From: Epithemia pelagica
Taxonomy: Eukaryota; Protista; Bacillariophyta
Assembly: GCA_946965045.2 (NCBI GenBank)
Contig: OX337231.1
Span: 3,720,001 to 3,784,000 of the forward strand
Direction: 5' to 3'
Length of the DNA: 64,000 bases
A program made the translations under genes and the position numbers. Numbering within the stretch: the first letter of the stretch is position 1; every line of letters begins with the position of its first letter. Below are positions 61,306 to 64,000 of this stretch, in pieces. Below the pieces are notes generated by a model, which was given only the letters and a program-made list of their open reading frames with translations, ran no database searches and was not told the origin of the DNA.

Positions 61306-64000
61306 ATGACCTATCGGCCCAACCTCCAGTATGGTTCGCCGCCGCAACCACCACCACGACACTATTCATCGCCACCATCCTCCTCCTCCTCCTGGACGAA
61401 CCACAAACACAACAAGAGTGCCGCTTCGCCGACCACGTACCAACAACAACAGCGAACGACATACTACTCTTCCAATCCGTACCAAAAAGCCATTCATAAC
61501 AACCACAATCCTCGCAGCAGTCCTCCTCCACCTCCTTCCTCTTCCAGAATGAGCATGAGGAGCAGTACAAAGACCAGTTCTTCCAGTGTCTCGTCACCAC
61601 CACCAACCACCAGAGCCACAACCTCTGCTTCTTTGTATCATTCGTCTCCTCCTCCTTCCACTCAACGAACCACTACAACGTTGCCTGCGGCTACCAAAGA
61701 TGCTCTTGTCGTGACCACCACCACTACCACAAGGACCGCCTCGATGCGGGGAGAAAAGGAGGATCCTCCTCCTCACAGTAGTAGTAGTACGACAGTCATG
61801 AGTCCTCCTCCTCCTCCTCCTCCATCTTCTTCTCATTCTCACCAACCCAGTTCCCCCACGTCCTTGTCCACTTCGACCGTCACGGACGATCCCACCACCA
61901 TGACGGGCACGACCGTGACCAGTATGAGTGCCACCACGGCCAAGTCGTCGTGGCGGACGCCAGGTCAAACCTTAAGGGCGCACTTGTTGCAACGCGATCA
62001 AGAGCAGCAACAACAACACGGCAACAAACATTCCTCCAAGGATGGTGCTTCCTTGCTCATTAATCCAAATTGCAGCATTGAAAAGTATCATCAAGTTTCC
62101 GAAAAGGCAAGTGTCTGTGTTCGACTAGTAGTACCTCGTAGCAGCATTGCTTTTTGTATTTGTGTTTGGAGGGGCATGGATCTCACACATTTTCTTTCTT
62201 TCTATATCCATACGATGATACACCATTGGATGGATTCTGGGTCTTTATTGTTGTGGTTTCGTTTGGGTGCGTGTGTTTGTGTTGTTGTTCTTTTCTCTCT
62301 ATTGTTATTATTATAATGACAGGTATTGGATCAATTTTTGCAACATCCGATTGAAACACGAGAGGAATTGTTGGAAGCCTATTTGGTCGGAATGCGATTG
62401 CTGCAATTTTTGCAAGAGGTCCTGCCCACCCATCCCGAATATCACAGTCATTCGACGACGAATCCAAACAAGGAGGAGGAGGAGGAGGATCCCACAACGT
62501 CCTTGGATTCCTACAGTCAATCGACGGCACAAGAATTGACTCGGTACCTCAAAGAAATTGCCCTCATGATTGATCAAGAAGAACACGAGGCGTATATTAC
62601 ACGTGTCTTGGTGCAATCGGGCGGTGTCAGTGTCACGGGAGACGACGAAGAGGACGACGACGAAGAGCACGAGGACGAAGATGATACCACCACCAAAGAT
62701 GCATCCACGATTCAAGGACAAGCCTTTTTGCATTCCACCCTGTCCTCCCATACCACGGCCAGTACCATGATCACCGAACAACAATCCCAATCTCCTCGCA
62801 GCAGCACCAACCATAACAACACTTCGGCTTCGACGGCCTTGTTGCCACCCACAGAGTCACAAGGATCCTCTAGTTCGGAATCCACATCCTCGTCGTCACC
62901 CTCTTGGCCACCACGCGCCACGACAACGAAACCAACCCATCCACAACAACCACGACCAGACCCCAATGCCTTGTCGTCTCGTCGTCCAGTCTCGTCGTCC
63001 AATCCTACTACTACTGCTACGACCCAAGAAGAAGCACCCATTCGTCACGAGACACCAGCCGATCGACGACGACGACGATTGCAAGCCGTGTCCTCCTCGT
63101 CCGACAGTACCATGACGGGAAATGTGTCCTCCTTGTCGCCACCTCCGCCGCCACCACCGCCCGAACAACAACAAAGGCAACCACAACAACAATCTTCTCT
63201 GTCGGCCACCAAATATCCCCATCGTCAGGCGTCTTCACCAGCCGCAACCACAACCACAACAAGAAACACTCCAACACAGCCATTGCAATCCAACAAGAAG
63301 AAAACAAATAGTACGTTATGGACCGCGCCCTCTACTTCGGCCACTTGGAAGGACTGGACCGAATCGTCCCTCCGAGGGACCTTTACGGAAGAAAAGAAGG
63401 ACGATGGTTCCTTTGACTACCATGAGAATGGCAGAACGAAACAGCAACAAGAAGTCATAAACAGAGAGGAGACGGATGATGATGATGATGACGACGAAGA
63501 CGGTGATGAACACGATGATGATGATCAAGATACCGTAGAATGGAGTGCCTTTAGCGTGGCCACATCGCAATTGTTTGCCGATCATTCCAATACACCAGCA
63601 AGCAAACGACAACAACAACAATCGTCACCGTCGAAACAACAACAGCCACAAAACAGTGCAACACAACATGCAACACCATCATCTTCTTCCAAATCGAAAC
63701 AGATATCGTCACCAACCATCATCAAGAAATCGACGTCGCGAAATCAGACCAGTAAAGGCAGTAGTAGCAACAGTGCTACTGCTGCTGCTGCAAGTCCACT
63801 GACTCGAACCAATGGCCACAACAGTACTACCAAGAACAACAACAACAGTCCAATCGAACTGCAACGGCAACGGTCGCCACCCGCGCCCTTGTCGTCTTCG
63901 TCCTCTTCTCTCAAGAATGTTCGTGACATGGAATCCAAGATTGAACAACACCAACAACGTGGACATCGCAATCCATTAGATTTGTATTCCAAGGCCGCCC
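61306..64000 (+). CDS. USP8-dimerisation (AMSH/USP8 N-terminal MIT-like) domain protein, long disordered regions, runs off window; GC-AG intron 62107-62322
   Basis: Spliced sequence INPNCSIEKYHQVSEK|VLDQF...EELLEAYLVGMRLLQFLQEVLPTHPEY matches the Y..SA..L......AY....R...L...LP.HP.Y pattern. Exon 2 frame is open to position 64000. Confidence 0.75.

Overview
Eukaryotic nuclear DNA, most likely from a pennate diatom. This rests on short GT-AG introns, Pfam DUF6824-type and helicase-associated (HA) domain expansions, a Kelch protein and AAC microsatellites; the species cannot be determined from sequence alone. Most ORFs in the supplied track are antisense or shadow frames of about 20 real genes. 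The left 38 kb is a duplication-rich accessory region. It holds a tandem HA-gene + DUF6824-gene cassette with an internal inversion, eight DUF6824 paralogs (seven share one phase-0 intron inside the KVSQ|ALR motif), a bacterial-type GNAT acetyltransferase with a decayed duplicate, a frameshifted PD-(D/E)XK nuclease + kinase (Crinkler/CR-effector-like) gene, a circularly permuted NikA-like nickel/peptide-binding protein with a signal peptide and C-terminal membrane anchor, a bacterial-type SRPBCC gene, two TIR MITEs and a zero-spacer palindrome. The right part has a cytochrome P450 with a 56-Asn tract, a convergent paralog pair, a Kelch protein, and a UIM/MIU + PARP-like ADP-ribosyltransferase gene flanked by two genes carrying three copies of an unrecognised ~190-aa domain. 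It ends in a USP8-dimerisation-domain gene with a GC-AG intron. The most promising candidates for new biology are the permuted membrane-anchored NikA, the unknown-domain/ART/unknown-domain cassette, and the DUF6824 array as a putative transcription-factor family. All family assignments come from motif recognition by eye; no database search was run.
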